NCBI GenBank assembly: GCA_964632785.1 | Contig: CAZWEU010000004.1 | Coordinates: 791 to 64,790, forward strand | Direction: 5' to 3' | DNA from: an uncultured Lachnospiraceae bacterium | GTDB taxonomy: Bacteria > Bacillota > Clostridia > Eubacteriales > Eubacteriaceae | DNA length: 64,000 nucleotides | Shown here: positions 39,405 through 51,496 of the stretch, in pieces | How positions within the stretch are numbered: position 1 is the stretch's first letter | Layout: the number at the start of each line of letters is the position of its first letter | Notes under the pieces: model-generated | The model's input: only the letters and a program-made list of their open reading frames with translations | What the model was told of the DNA's origin: nothing | Databases searched by the model: none | Program-made: the position numbers and the translations under genes

Positions 39405-39629
39405 ATGGAAATAATTGAAATTAATACTGATATAATCACCATTAGCCAACTGCTAAAGTACGCTGGTGTGGTCGGAAATGGCAGCGATGTCAAGCTGATG
39501 ATCAGTGATCAGATGATTTATGTCAATGATCTTTTGTGCAGCCAACGCAATAAAAAAATTTATCCCGGCGATATTATTGAGATTGAAGATTATGGGAAAC
39601 TCAAGGTTTCAAAGAAACATGCGCATTGA
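39405..39629 (+). CDS. yaaA: S4-domain RNA-binding protein YaaA
   Basis: ITISQLLK..G....GSDVK, RNKKIYPGD; lies between dnaN and recF. Confidence 0.9.
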   Translation: MEIIEINTDIITISQLLKYAGVVGNGSDVKLMISDQMIYVNDLLCSQRNKKIYPGDIIEIEDYGKLKVSKKHAH

Positions 39630-40743
39630 CTCTTTGACTTTGATTCAATTTAGAAATTACCTTAATGAAAGCATTGAATTTGATCCTCACTTAAACATCA
39701 TCATGGGTGATAATGCCCAGGGCAAAACCAATCTGATTGAAGCTTTGTTTTATTTAGCCCGGGGCTATAGTCATCGGGGATCTAATGCCAAGGAAATGAC
39801 CCATTTTGACCACCAAGACTATCAGCTAATGGCCTCAAGCAAGCGGTCGCAAGTCAAGCACCAAGTCAGTGGCAAAGCCATTGGCGGTAAAAAACAATTC
39901 TTATTAGATGGGAAATTGGCCAATCGCCAACGAATCAGCCAAGTCTTAAAGGTGATCTTGTTTGAGCCGGGGGATTTAAAAATTGTCAAGGAGGGCCCTG
40001 ACCGCCGCCGTCGGTTTTTAAATGAAGAAATTGCCAGTCTTAAGCCCCAATATTATTATCTGATTAAAAACTATGAAAAAGTTTTGTTTCAGCGCAATAG
40101 CCTCTTAAAAAACATTGCCTACAAGCCGAGTTTACTAACGACCTTAGAGGCTTGGAACGAGCAATTAGTCAGCCTTGGGGTCGAGGTTATTAAACAACGC
40201 ATTGCCTACTTGCATCGGCTCAATAAAGAAGCCGGTAACTTACACCAGCTTTTAAGTGATCAAAAAGAGCAGTTAACGCTTTTTTATCAAAATAATATTA
40301 TCGATTCCCTGGCCGATGTTGACCTCTTGGAAGGACGTTTTTTTGACCTCTTGGCTAGTCATCAAGCTGAGGAAATCAAAAAAGGCTGTACAGCTTTTGG
40401 CCCCCAACTCGATGATATGATCGTTCATATCAATCAAAAAGATGCCCGTCGCTTTGCCTCGCAAGGCCAACAACGGTCAGCGGCCATTGCCCTAAAATTA
40501 TCCCAAATCAAGATTATCCACCAGCTGACAGGGGATTACCCCCTGGTCTTACTGGATGATATCTTTTCTGAGTTAGATGAAAATAGGCGAAGACGAATTC
40601 TTAATTTACTGGAAAAAAGTCAAACCTTTATCACCTGTACCGAGGATTTAGTCTTTAAAGAAAATGAGATCAAGGGGTCGAAGAAAGTCATTAAGATAAA
40701 AAATGGGAAAGAAGAAAGTAGACACCATAAGAAAGAAGTTTAG
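39619..40743 (+). CDS. recF: DNA replication/repair protein RecF
   Basis: FRNY, GDNAQGKTN, SQGQQRS, LLDDIFSELD; start moved to ATG 39619 (MRIDSL). Confidence 0.95.
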   Translation: MRIDSLTLIQFRNYLNESIEFDPHLNIIMGDNAQGKTNLIEALFYLARGYSHRGSNAKEMTHFDHQDYQLMASSKRSQVKHQVSGKAIGGKKQFLLDGKLANRQRISQVLKVILFEPGDLKIVKEGPDRRRRFLNEEIASLKPQYYYLIKNYEKVLFQRNSLLKNIAYKPSLLTTLEAWNEQLVSLGVEVIKQRIAYLHRLNKEAGNLHQLLSDQKEQLTLFYQNNIIDSLADVDLLEGRFFDLLASHQAEEIKKGCTAFGPQLDDMIVHINQKDARRFASQGQQRSAAIALKLSQIKIIHQLTGDYPLVLLDDIFSELDENRRRRILNLLEKSQTFITCTEDLVFKENEIKGSKKVIKIKNGKEESRHHKKEV

Positions 40744-40752
40744 AGTCAATAA

Positions 40753-42687
<1,935 letters not shown>

Positions 42688-42700
42688 GGAGGAGAGATAA

Positions 42701-45157
42701 ATGGATGATTTAATAGAACACGACCGCATCAAAACAATTAATATTGAAGAAGAAATGAAAACTTCCTATATCGATTACGCCATGAGTGTGATTGTCGGTC
42801 GCGCCCTTCCCGATGTCCGAGATGGTTTAAAACCCGTTCATCGACGGATCTTGTTTGCCATGAGCGAGCTTGGTGTGACACCGGAAAAACACTTTCGTAA
42901 GTCAGCCCGAATTGTTGGGGATGTCTTGGGGAAATACCATCCCCATGGCGATATCGCCGTTTATGACGCCATGGTCCGGATGGCCCAAGATTGGTCAACC
43001 CGCTATTTAACCGTTAATGGCCAAGGGAATTTTGGCTCTATCGATGGCGATAGCCCGGCGGCCATGCGGTATACGGAAGCTAAAATGGCTAAAATTGGAA
43101 CCGAGATGCTCAAGGACATTAATAAGGAAACGGTTGATTTCGTGCCAAACTTTGACGAATCCGAGGTGGAACCCTCAGTTCTACCCTCAAAGTTTCCCCA
43201 TCTTTTAGTCAATGGCTCGTCGGGTATTGCCGTCGGCATGGCAACCAATATTCCCCCCCACCATTTGGGGGAAGTGATCGATGGGATCATTGCTTATATC
43301 GATGACCCGGATGTTACGATTGATCAGATTATGACCCATATTAAAGGGCCCGATTTTCCCACCGGTGGCATTATTCTTGGTAAGTCAGGCATTAAAAGTG
43401 CCTACCGAACGGGCAGAGGCCGGGTCAAGATGCGCGGCCGGGCCGAGTTTAAGACCAGTAAAAGAGGAAAGAAACAGATTATTATCACTGAAATTCCCTA
43501 TATGGTCAATAAATCAAAACTGGTTGAAAAAATTGCTGAATTAGTCAAGGACAAACGAATTGAAGGCATTGCCGATCTGCGCGATGAGTCTGACTTAAGC
43601 AAGGGGATTTCCATTGTCATTGACTTAAAGCGCGATGCCAATGAAACGATTATTTTAAATCAGCTTTACAAACACACCCAATTACAAGATACCTTTGGCA
43701 TTATTATGTTAGCCCTGGTCAATAACGAGCCCAAGGTCCTTAATATTAGACAAGTGATTTACCACTATGTCAACCACCAAAAAGAGATTATTCGCCGGCG
43801 GACCTTATTTGATTTAAAAAAGGCCGAAGCCAGAGCCCATATCCTCGAAGGCCTGGTGATCGCCCTTGATCATATCGATGAGGTCATCGCCTTGATTCGG
43901 GCGGCCGCCGATGGCAAAGAAGCGAAAGAAGAGTTAATTAGCCGTTTTAGCTTAAGTGAGATTCAGGCCCAAGCCATCCTCGATATGCGCCTACAACGCC
44001 TAACCGGTTTAGAGCGGGAGAAAATTGAAGCCGAGTATCAGGATTTGCTTAAATTAATTGCTGAATTAAAGGCCATCTTGGCCGATGACCAGCTGGTCCT
44101 AAACATTATTCGGGATGAACTTGAAGAAATTAAGGAAAAATATTCCGACAAACGCCGGACGACCTTTGAGATTGATGTCGAAGATTTTGATATCGAAGAC
44201 TTAATTGAAGAAGAAGAAGTGGTCATCACCATGACCCATATCGGCTATGTCAAGCGGATTAATTCCGATAATTACCGGTCCCAGCGACGCGGGGGCAAGG
44301 GGATTACGGCCCTGAGCACCCGAGAAAATGATTTTGTCGAACAATTATTTACCACGACCACCCACCACTATCTCTTGTTTTTTACCAATATTGGAAAAGT
44401 CTATCGGCTAAAAGCCTTTGAAATTCCCGAAGGGGGCCGAACGGCCAGGGGAACAGCCATTGTGAACCTCCTGCCCTTAGAGGAAAATGAACGGATTGAA
44501 ACGATGATTCCGATTAAAGAGTTTGATGAGGAAAGCTCTTTACTGATGGCCACCAAACAGGGGATTATTAAAAAAACAAAGCTGATGGAGTACGACACCT
44601 CAAGAAAGAATGGCATTATTGCCATTAAATTACGAGAAGGTGATGAACTGATCAATGTCCGCCTGGTTGAAGAAGATGAAGACGTGGTAATGGGAACCCA
44701 ATGTGGCTATGCCATTCGCTTTAACTCCGATGAGGTCAGACCACTCAAACGAACTTCGATTGGGGTTCGAGGCATCTTCCTTCGTGACGATGATGTGGTC
44801 GTTGGTATGGATATTGTCAAAGATGATCTTTTTGTCCTTTGTGTCAGTGAAAAAGGTTATGGAAAACTGTCGATTGCCAATTTATACCGGGCCCAAAAAC
44901 GTGGTGGTAAAGGAGTTCAAACCTATAAGGTGACCAAAAAGACCGGTGCCTTAGTCGGCTTTTGTGTGATTGATCGCGATGGTGAAATTATGATGATCAA
45001 TAATCAAGGGATTGTTATCCAACTAAAAGGAAATGAGATTACCCGGGTGGGTCGGAATACCCAAGGAGTCCGCTTGATGAAGCTGAGCAAAGAAGAATCA
45101 ATTATGACCATCTCCAAGGTCTACAAAGAAGATGTCGTTGAGGAAGAGGAAGATTAG
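42701..45157 (+). CDS. gyrA: DNA gyrase subunit A
   Basis: [22 protein letters not shown], GyrA box QRRGGKG. Confidence 0.98.
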   Translation: MDDLIEHDRIKTINIEEEMKTSYIDYAMSVIVGRALPDVRDGLKPVHRRILFAMSELGVTPEKHFRKSARIVGDVLGKYHPHGDIAVYDAMVRMAQDWSTRYLTVNGQGNFGSIDGDSPAAMRYTEAKMAKIGTEMLKDINKETVDFVPNFDESEVEPSVLPSKFPHLLVNGSSGIAVGMATNIPPHHLGEVIDGIIAYIDDPDVTIDQIMTHIKGPDFPTGGIILGKSGIKSAYRTGRGRVKMRGRAEFKTSKRGKKQIIITEIPYMVNKSKLVEKIAELVKDKRIEGIADLRDESDLSKGISIVIDLKRDANETIILNQLYKHTQLQDTFGIIMLALVNNEPKVLNIRQVIYHYVNHQKEIIRRRTLFDLKKAEARAHILEGLVIALDHIDEVIALIRAAADGKEAKEELISRFSLSEIQAQAILDMRLQRLTGLEREKIEAEYQDLLKLIAELKAILADDQLVLNIIRDELEEIKEKYSDKRRTTFEIDVEDFDIEDLIEEEEVVITMTHIGYVKRINSDNYRSQRRGGKGITALSTRENDFVEQLFTTTTHHYLLFFTNIGKVYRLKAFEIPEGGRTARGTAIVNLLPLEENERIETMIPIKEFDEESSLLMATKQGIIKKTKLMEYDTSRKNGIIAIKLREGDELINVRLVEEDEDVVMGTQCGYAIRFNSDEVRPLKRTSIGVRGIFLRDDDVVVGMDIVKDDLFVLCVSEKGYGKLSIANLYRAQKRGGKGVQTYKVTKKTGALVGFCVIDRDGEIMMINNQGIVIQLKGNEITRVGRNTQGVRLMKLSKEESIMTISKVYKEDVVEEEED

Positions 45158-45186
45158 AGAATTCTAAACAATGAAAGGAGAAAAGG

Positions 45187-45840
45187 ATGAACGTGAAAAT
45201 AGCACCCTCCATGCTCAGTGCTGATTTTACCAATTTAGAGCGTGATTTAAAAGAGGTTGAAGACAGTGGGGCTGATTACCTCCACCTTGACATTATGGAC
45301 GGGCATTTTGTCCCAAATATTACCTTTGGCCCCGACCAGGTGGCGCAGATCAGAGCGGTAATGACCATTCCTTTTGATACCCACCTAATGCTGAGTCACC
45401 CGCTTGACTATATTGAGGCCTTTGCCGATGCCGGTTCGGATATGATAACCATCCATGTCGAATCCCAGGGGGATACCCAGGCGGCCATTGACTTAATCAA
45501 GTCAAAAGGCGTCAAAGCCGGCTTGGTCATTTCACCCGATACCCCAGTTGAGGTCTTAAGACCCTTTCTGGATGATATTAAAATGATTTTGATCATGTGT
45601 GTCTATCCCGGTTTTGGCGGCCAAGTCTATATTCCCGAAAGCACTGCTAAGATTAAGGCCTGTCGCCAGATGATTGGCGAGCGCGACATCGAACTACAAG
45701 TCGATGGGGGGATTAATTTTACCACCTTGGAAACAGTGGTCAAGGCCGGGGCCGATGTGGTGGTTTCCGGGTCTTGCTTGTTTAAGGGTAATATGAAAGA
45801 AAATATTGACCGCTTTAGAGAAATCATTGGAAAAATTTAA
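45187..45840 (+). CDS. rpe: Ribulose-phosphate 3-epimerase
   Basis: IAPSMLSADF, HLDIMDGHFVPN, PGFGGQ, VDGGI. Confidence 0.96.
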   Translation: MNVKIAPSMLSADFTNLERDLKEVEDSGADYLHLDIMDGHFVPNITFGPDQVAQIRAVMTIPFDTHLMLSHPLDYIEAFADAGSDMITIHVESQGDTQAAIDLIKSKGVKAGLVISPDTPVEVLRPFLDDIKMILIMCVYPGFGGQVYIPESTAKIKACRQMIGERDIELQVDGGINFTTLETVVKAGADVVVSGSCLFKGNMKENIDRFREIIGKI

Positions 45841-45851
45841 AAGAGATTAAA

Positions 45852-45889
45852 AAAAGAGCCATTAAAGAATTTTCTTTAATGGCTCTTTT
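45852..45889. terminator. Bidirectional terminator between rpe and the HAD gene
   Basis: AAAAGAGCCATTAAAGAA/TTCTTTAATGGCTCTTTT perfect inverted repeat. Confidence 0.85.
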
Positions 45890-45903
45890 GCTGGCTCGTT
45901 TAT

Positions 45904-46704
45904 TTATAAAGCCAATAGGCTAACAATTTCATCGATGCCACTGACAATATGGTGGGGGCGGTAGGGGAATTGCCCTACTGTTTCCCGGCTTGAGACGCCG
46001 GAGAGAACGAGGATTGTTTCTAAGCCCGATTCAATGCCGGCGATAATATCGGTATCCATCCGGTCCCCAATAATAAAGGCTTCAGCGCTGTGGACGCCTA
46101 GGCGTTTGATTCCTTTTCGCATCATTAAGGGGTTGGGCTTGCCAACATAGTAGGCATTTTTACCGGTGGTCAGTTCGATTGGCGAGACGAGCGCCCGACA
46201 AGCTGGGACGATCCCCTCTTCGGTTGGACCGGTTAGGTCGGGATTGGTCCCAACCAGTTTGGCCCCTTTGTTAATTAATCGAACGGCGGTCAAGATGCTT
46301 TCATAATTATAAGACCGGGTTTCACCAACCACAACATATTCAGGATTAACATCGTTCATGGTGATGCCGACCTCGTATAAGGCATTTGACAAGCCCGGCT
46401 CACCAATAACAAAGGCCGAACTGTTGGGCGATTGGTCATTTAAAAAGCGGGCGGTCGCGAGGGCACTGGTATAGAAATGACTTTCATCGATTTCAAGGCC
46501 CAGGCGGCCCAATTTTTCTTTTAACTCCATGGGTGAGCGTTCACTTGAGTTGGTTAGGAAAAGAAAGTTTTTATCTTCTTTGTATAACCAATTCACAAAT
46601 TCCGGGACCCCGGCTAAAAGCTGATTACCATGGTAGATGACTCCATCCATATCACAGATAAAGCCTTTTTTACTCTTAAGTTTTTCAATTAATTCTTCAT
46701 TCAT
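45904..46704 (-). CDS. nagD: HAD-IIA family hydrolase (NagD-like)
   Basis: DMDGVI, LTNSS, GKPNP, GDRMDTDI. Confidence 0.88.
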   Translation of the reverse strand: MNEELIEKLKSKKGFICDMDGVIYHGNQLLAGVPEFVNWLYKEDKNFLFLTNSSERSPMELKEKLGRLGLEIDESHFYTSALATARFLNDQSPNSSAFVIGEPGLSNALYEVGITMNDVNPEYVVVGETRSYNYESILTAVRLINKGAKLVGTNPDLTGPTEEGIVPACRALVSPIELTTGKNAYYVGKPNPLMMRKGIKRLGVHSAEAFIIGDRMDTDIIAGIESGLETILVLSGVSSRETVGQFPYRPHHIVSGIDEIVSLLAL

Positions 46705-46773
46705 CGTTTATTCCTCCACTTTGTAATTATATCCCATAGGACTTAATGATAGCATTAAATGTCTTAAAACGAC

Positions 46774-47397
46774 TTAAGCAAGCTCGGCCAGAGAAATGCG
46801 TCCTTGCTGGATCGCTTCTTCTTTTAAGTCTTCATAGAGTCCGGCCAGGGAAAGGGAAAAATAAGGTTGGCCATAAAAAATGCCGACAATCCCCATGCTG
46901 ATGGAACTGAGTAAAAACCAGCCGATAAAACTGAGGTACATAACAAAAATATCGGTTTTATGGCCATCGGTCATCCGCATCGATACCTTGAGGGCTTCCC
47001 TGGCCCCTAAGTTAGGGTATTCGGCCAAGAGATAGGGGGTTGCAAAATAGGCAAAACTCTTAATAATCCCCGGGATTAAAAAAAGTAAGGACCACAAAAA
47101 GACAAAGAGGTTGAGCCACAAGATGCCCCCTAGGTTTCTTAAATAATTGGCAAAGCCCTGTTTAAAAAGATCCTCAATACTGGTGACTTGGGACCGATAA
47201 ATGGCTAGGGTCACATAGGATAAGCCGACGATTAAAGGCGGGAAGATAAAGAGGCCACCCAGACCGGCAATAAAAAAAGTGAGGCTGGAGGCTAGGCCAA
47301 TGATGGCGTAAGCGATAAAGACAGCCCCGACGGAAAGCCAATAATTCTGATAAAAACCGACTTTTGCTTGAAATTTAATTTCTTGTCTTGAATGCAT
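46774..47397 (-). CDS. DUF975 family membrane protein
   Basis: LWSLLFLIPGIIKSFAY, SMRMTDGHK, LSFIGW. Confidence 0.88.
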   Translation of the reverse strand: MHSRQEIKFQAKVGFYQNYWLSVGAVFIAYAIIGLASSLTFFIAGLGGLFIFPPLIVGLSYVTLAIYRSQVTSIEDLFKQGFANYLRNLGGILWLNLFVFLWSLLFLIPGIIKSFAYFATPYLLAEYPNLGAREALKVSMRMTDGHKTDIFVMYLSFIGWFLLSSISMGIVGIFYGQPYFSLSLAGLYEDLKEEAIQQGRISLAELA

Positions 47398-47634
47398 GAT
47401 TAACTCCTTTCAATGAGAAAAATGATAAGATAAATAAAACGATTCCTTTCTTTTAAGATGGCAAAAATTCTCTCTTTCCTTTAAGGTTACTTTAAAATAG
47501 CTGAATGTTTAAGAATTTTCATATATAATATCATGGTATCAAAAAAAAAGAAAAGTAATTCTGAAGATTTGATTAGAAAATTTAATCAGAAAATTTAAAC
47601 CGCTTAGCGGTAGAAATAATAAAGAGGAATAAAA

Positions 47635-48897
47635 ATGAAAAATCAATTAGATAAAAAGAATTTTTTAAAGGACTTAAAAGGACTAATGCAAATAAAAACC
47701 GTTAATGGCGATGCTGGCGCAATTACCAAGGCTGCCCCCCTGGGCGAGGATATCAATCGGGCCATCGATTATATGTTAGTACTGGGTAAAGAAGAAGGCT
47801 TTGTGACCAAGAATTGTGATGGCTATTGTGGTTATATTGAAATGGGCCAAGGCGATCACATGGTCGCTATCTTGACGCATTTAGATACCGTCTCCGTCGG
47901 GGATGATTGGTCGGTTGACCCCTTTGACTTAACCATTAAAAATGACCAGCTAATGGGTCGAGGTGTTCTCGATAATAAGGGTCCCTTAATGGCTACTTTT
48001 TATGCTATGAAAACCCTTAAGCGAATGGATTTCCCCCTTAACCATCGGATTCGCCTGATTATGGGCGGTGACGAAGAAGGGGGTAAGTGGGAATGTATGG
48101 ACCATTATAAGAAGACAGAAGAAATACCCCGTTACTCTTTTTCACCGGACTCCGGCTTCCCGGTTATTTTTGCCGAAAAAGGGATTATGACAATCACCCT
48201 GACAAAAGACCTTGAAGACAGCGATATCCCCCTTGTCATGGGAGGGGGCAAACAAATGAATGCTGTCCCCGATTATGCCCGGGCTGATGTCAATGGCCAA
48301 AGTTATGAGGTAAAGGGAAAAGCAGCCCACGCCGCTGAACCCGAAAAAGGCATTAATGCGATTTTGAAATTAGGAAATTTATTGACGGCCCAAGGCATTA
48401 ACCATCCCATGCTTGAGCTTTTAACGATGACCAGTGAAAAAGGACTGGGGATTGACTTATCCGATGAGATTTCCGGTGACCTGACCTTAAATCCAGCTAT
48501 TATTGATGTTAATAAGAAGACCGCTAGGCTCCGATGTGATATTCGCTATCCAGTCAGCCTTTCGGCTCCTTTAATTTTAGAAAAAATTGCGGCCAAAATT
48601 AATTATTTAGGCTTTACATTAGCGATGGACCACCATGTGCCACCCCTTCATGTTGATCGTGATAGTCATTTGGTTAAAACCTTACAAAAAGTCTACCACC
48701 GGTATACCGGTGACGATTTAGAGCCGATTACAACCGGGGGCGGGACCTATGCCAGAGCCTTTGATAATGCCGTTGCCTTTGGTGGTCTTTTTCCCGATGA
48801 GGAAAACATGTGCCACCAAAAAGATGAGTATTGGTCGCTGGCCAGTCTCAAAAAAAATCATGGCATTATCACCCAAGCCTTAAAAAACTTAGCTTAA
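47635..48897 (+). CDS. pepV: M20 family dipeptidase (PepV/Sapep-like)
   Basis: HLDTV, GRGVLDNKGP, GGDEE, GGGTYAR, HQKDE. Confidence 0.88.
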   Translation: MKNQLDKKNFLKDLKGLMQIKTVNGDAGAITKAAPLGEDINRAIDYMLVLGKEEGFVTKNCDGYCGYIEMGQGDHMVAILTHLDTVSVGDDWSVDPFDLTIKNDQLMGRGVLDNKGPLMATFYAMKTLKRMDFPLNHRIRLIMGGDEEGGKWECMDHYKKTEEIPRYSFSPDSGFPVIFAEKGIMTITLTKDLEDSDIPLVMGGGKQMNAVPDYARADVNGQSYEVKGKAAHAAEPEKGINAILKLGNLLTAQGINHPMLELLTMTSEKGLGIDLSDEISGDLTLNPAIIDVNKKTARLRCDIRYPVSLSAPLILEKIAAKINYLGFTLAMDHHVPPLHVDRDSHLVKTLQKVYHRYTGDDLEPITTGGGTYARAFDNAVAFGGLFPDEENMCHQKDEYWSLASLKKNHGIITQALKNLA

Positions 48898-48975
48898 GCT
48901 GAGTTTTTTTAAGGCTCGGCAAAGAGCTGAACCTCTCTTTTTTGAGGGCAAATTTAGGGATCAGGAGGCCTTGCC

Positions 48976-49788
48976 ATGATCAGTGAAAAAGAGGATTATT
49001 TATCGGCTTCGGCAATTCGTTTCTATTTAAATGATGATTCTTTAGCTTATCACCTGACAGTCTTAGCGACCGTTGATTCGACGAATCAGGAGGCCAAACG
49101 CCTGCTAAATGCCGGCCAGCCGGGGCCACTGATTATTTTGGCTGACCAACAAAGCCAGGGAAAAGGCCGGCGGGGGCGGGAGTTTTTCTCGCCTCTAGGG
49201 ACAGGGATTTATCTAACTCTGGCCTTACCGGCTCCACCAGGATTAAAAGAGACCCAACTGGTCACGGTGGCAGCAGCGGTGGCAACAGCCCGAGCTATCA
49301 AAGACTTAACAAAGATCGATGTGGCCATTAAATGGGTCAATGACCTTTATTATCAAGACCGAAAGATTGCCGGCATCTTAACTGAAGGGGTCATCAGTAT
49401 GGAAAGTGGCCGGTTGGGTCATCTGATTGTCGGCATTGGACTCAATGTCAGCCAGCCCCAGGACGGCTTCCCTCAAGATCTTAAGGATCGAGCCGGGGCC
49501 TTGTTTTTAGAAAAACCGAAAGCTTTAAACCGCAACCAAGTCGCCGCCGAAATCGTTAATCAGGTCATGACTATTTTAAAAAAACCAGAAGATTTGTCCT
49601 ATCTTGACGAATATCGTCAGCGGTCGATGGTGATTGGCAAGGTCATTAACATCATCAGCCAAGGTCAGACCTCCAAGGCCCGGGCCATCGGCATCGATGA
49701 AGCCGGGGGCTTGATGGTTGAAAGGGAAAAGGGCGTTTTTGAAACCCTTTACTCGGGTGAAATCTCCATTAGAAAGCGGGACAAATAA
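48976..49788 (+). CDS. birA: Biotin--protein ligase without N-terminal HTH
   Basis: DSTN, QSQGKGRRGR, IKWVND, KIAGIL. Confidence 0.93.
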   Translation: MISEKEDYLSASAIRFYLNDDSLAYHLTVLATVDSTNQEAKRLLNAGQPGPLIILADQQSQGKGRRGREFFSPLGTGIYLTLALPAPPGLKETQLVTVAAAVATARAIKDLTKIDVAIKWVNDLYYQDRKIAGILTEGVISMESGRLGHLIVGIGLNVSQPQDGFPQDLKDRAGALFLEKPKALNRNQVAAEIVNQVMTILKKPEDLSYLDEYRQRSMVIGKVINIISQGQTSKARAIGIDEAGGLMVEREKGVFETLYSGEISIRKRDK

Positions 49789-50339
49789 TGGTAAATGGCA
49801 AAATAGACCTTAAAGACTTAAGCATAGCGGCCTTATTTGCGGCCTTAATCAGCCTCGGCGCCTTAATTAAAATCCCTTTTCCGCTTGTCCCCCTGACCCT
49901 GCAAATGGTCTTTGTTTTGCTGGCTGGCTTATTATTAGGGCCCCAAAAAGGGGTCCTAGCTGTTAGCCTTTACATTTTTATTGGCCTAGCCGGCCTGCCG
50001 GTCTTTTCCGGCGGCGGTGGCCTTGCCTATATTTTTAGGCCTTCCTTTGGCTATATAGTCGGTTTTTTACCGGCTGTTTTTGTGACCGGAAAAATGGCCC
50101 AAAAAAAGAAAGAGCTTAAACAGCTCTTTCTTTCGGCTCTAATGGGAAATTTAATGGTTTATAGCCTTGGCCTGCCCTTTTATTACCTGCTAATGAATTA
50201 CTACTTAAAGAGCCCGCTGACGGTTTCGGCCCTAATGGTGTCAGGCTTTTTAATCTTTATTCCTGGCGATTTAATAAAAATGATCCTGGCTGTCAGTCTG
50301 GCCAAGCGCTTAGATCCGATTCTTAAGCGCCGGCCTTAA
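49788..50339 (+). CDS. bioY: Biotin ECF transporter S component
   Basis: VPLTLQ, GLPVFSG, PSFGYIVGF, PGDLIK. Confidence 0.93.
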   Translation: MVNGKIDLKDLSIAALFAALISLGALIKIPFPLVPLTLQMVFVLLAGLLLGPQKGVLAVSLYIFIGLAGLPVFSGGGGLAYIFRPSFGYIVGFLPAVFVTGKMAQKKKELKQLFLSALMGNLMVYSLGLPFYYLLMNYYLKSPLTVSALMVSGFLIFIPGDLIKMILAVSLAKRLDPILKRRP

Positions 50340-51376
50340 GAAGGGGGCCGGCAACGGCTACAAGGCCGATAATCTTGCTTGAGAGCCTCATTAAAATCGG
50401 CAAAATAAATCCGATTTTCTTCCTTGGGCAGGCTGCCACAGCTGGCCAGATGATAGACTTTTGAATTGAGGTTGCCAATTAAGCCAGCCGAAATTAGGCC
50501 GTTTTCCTCGCTTTGGTGGTCTTGGGTCGGTTGGCGACCAACGACATTAAAGCTAATGTCATTATTTAAACTGGTTGCCACAATGGTCCCTTGGGTATTG
50601 GTTTGAAAAATTTGCGCACCAACATCGTTGAGCCGGCTGATGGTATCGGCGTGGGGGTGACCATACTCATTGTCAAGGCCACAGGAAATGACGGCGTATT
50701 TGGGGTTGACTGACCGGAGGAAAAGATAAGTCGACGAGCTGGCCCCACCGTGGTGGCCGACTTTTAAAAGATCGGCTTCTAAGGCCGCGCCGGATTCGAC
50801 TAAGTCGCGTTCAGCCGCTGCCTCCATATCCCCGGTTAGTAAAAAAGTCTTGTTACCGTGCGATACTTTTAGAACGAGCGAGTCATCATTGGCCTCCTTG
50901 TAATCCTTTAAGGGGCCAAGGACCGTGACTCGTGCATCGCCTAAGCTAGTGGTCGTTTGGATGGCTGGCTGTTCCACCAGACTGCCCTGGTCTTTAGCCG
51001 CTTCAAGGGCCTTTTCGGATGGCTTTGTTGGGTCGGACTCGGCCATCCAATAATGCTCGACCTTAAAGCTTTTGAGGATGGTCAAAAGCCCACCGGTGTG
51101 ATCATTATGGTTGTGGCTGGCGACGACATAATCAAGTTTTCTAATCCCCAGCGAGCGGATATAATCGGCAACCGTTTTTCCCGCCTGTTGCAGGCCTGAA
51201 TCAACCAGCATGGCCTGGTCGCCAGCCACCAGTAAAATGGCGTCACCCTGACCGACATCGATAAAATGAAGGGTCAAAGATCCTTGTGGATCAGACGGGC
51301 TTTGAGGCAGACAGCCACTTACGACCATAATTAGCAGGAGGAGAATGAGAATTATGACAAGAATTTTTTTAGGCAA
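50336..51376 (-). CDS. ComEC/Rec2-type metallo-beta-lactamase-fold lipoprotein with C-terminal Ada-like Zn domain
   Basis: Lipobox VSGC, DVGQGDA, SHNHNDH, LTGD, KVGHHG, YGHPH, C-terminal YH...C...PCSRC. Confidence 0.85.
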   Translation of the reverse strand: MPKKILVIILILLLLIMVVSGCLPQSPSDPQGSLTLHFIDVGQGDAILLVAGDQAMLVDSGLQQAGKTVADYIRSLGIRKLDYVVASHNHNDHTGGLLTILKSFKVEHYWMAESDPTKPSEKALEAAKDQGSLVEQPAIQTTTSLGDARVTVLGPLKDYKEANDDSLVLKVSHGNKTFLLTGDMEAAAERDLVESGAALEADLLKVGHHGGASSSTYLFLRSVNPKYAVISCGLDNEYGHPHADTISRLNDVGAQIFQTNTQGTIVATSLNNDISFNVVGRQPTQDHQSEENGLISAGLIGNLNSKVYHLASCGSLPKEENRIYFADFNEALKQDYRPCSRCRPPS

Positions 51377-51496
51377 GAGGTCCTTCCTTTCTTAGGCGTG
51401 TAATGATTTACAATTATTCCTTTATAGGATACAATGAAATAAGATATTTGACCTTAAAAAAACAAAAAAATTATTTTAGAACACGGATTAAAGGAG

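Noticed and set aside
39520..39618. N-terminal extension of the recF ORF
   Set aside because: Lies inside yaaA; the RecF signature starts at ATG 39619
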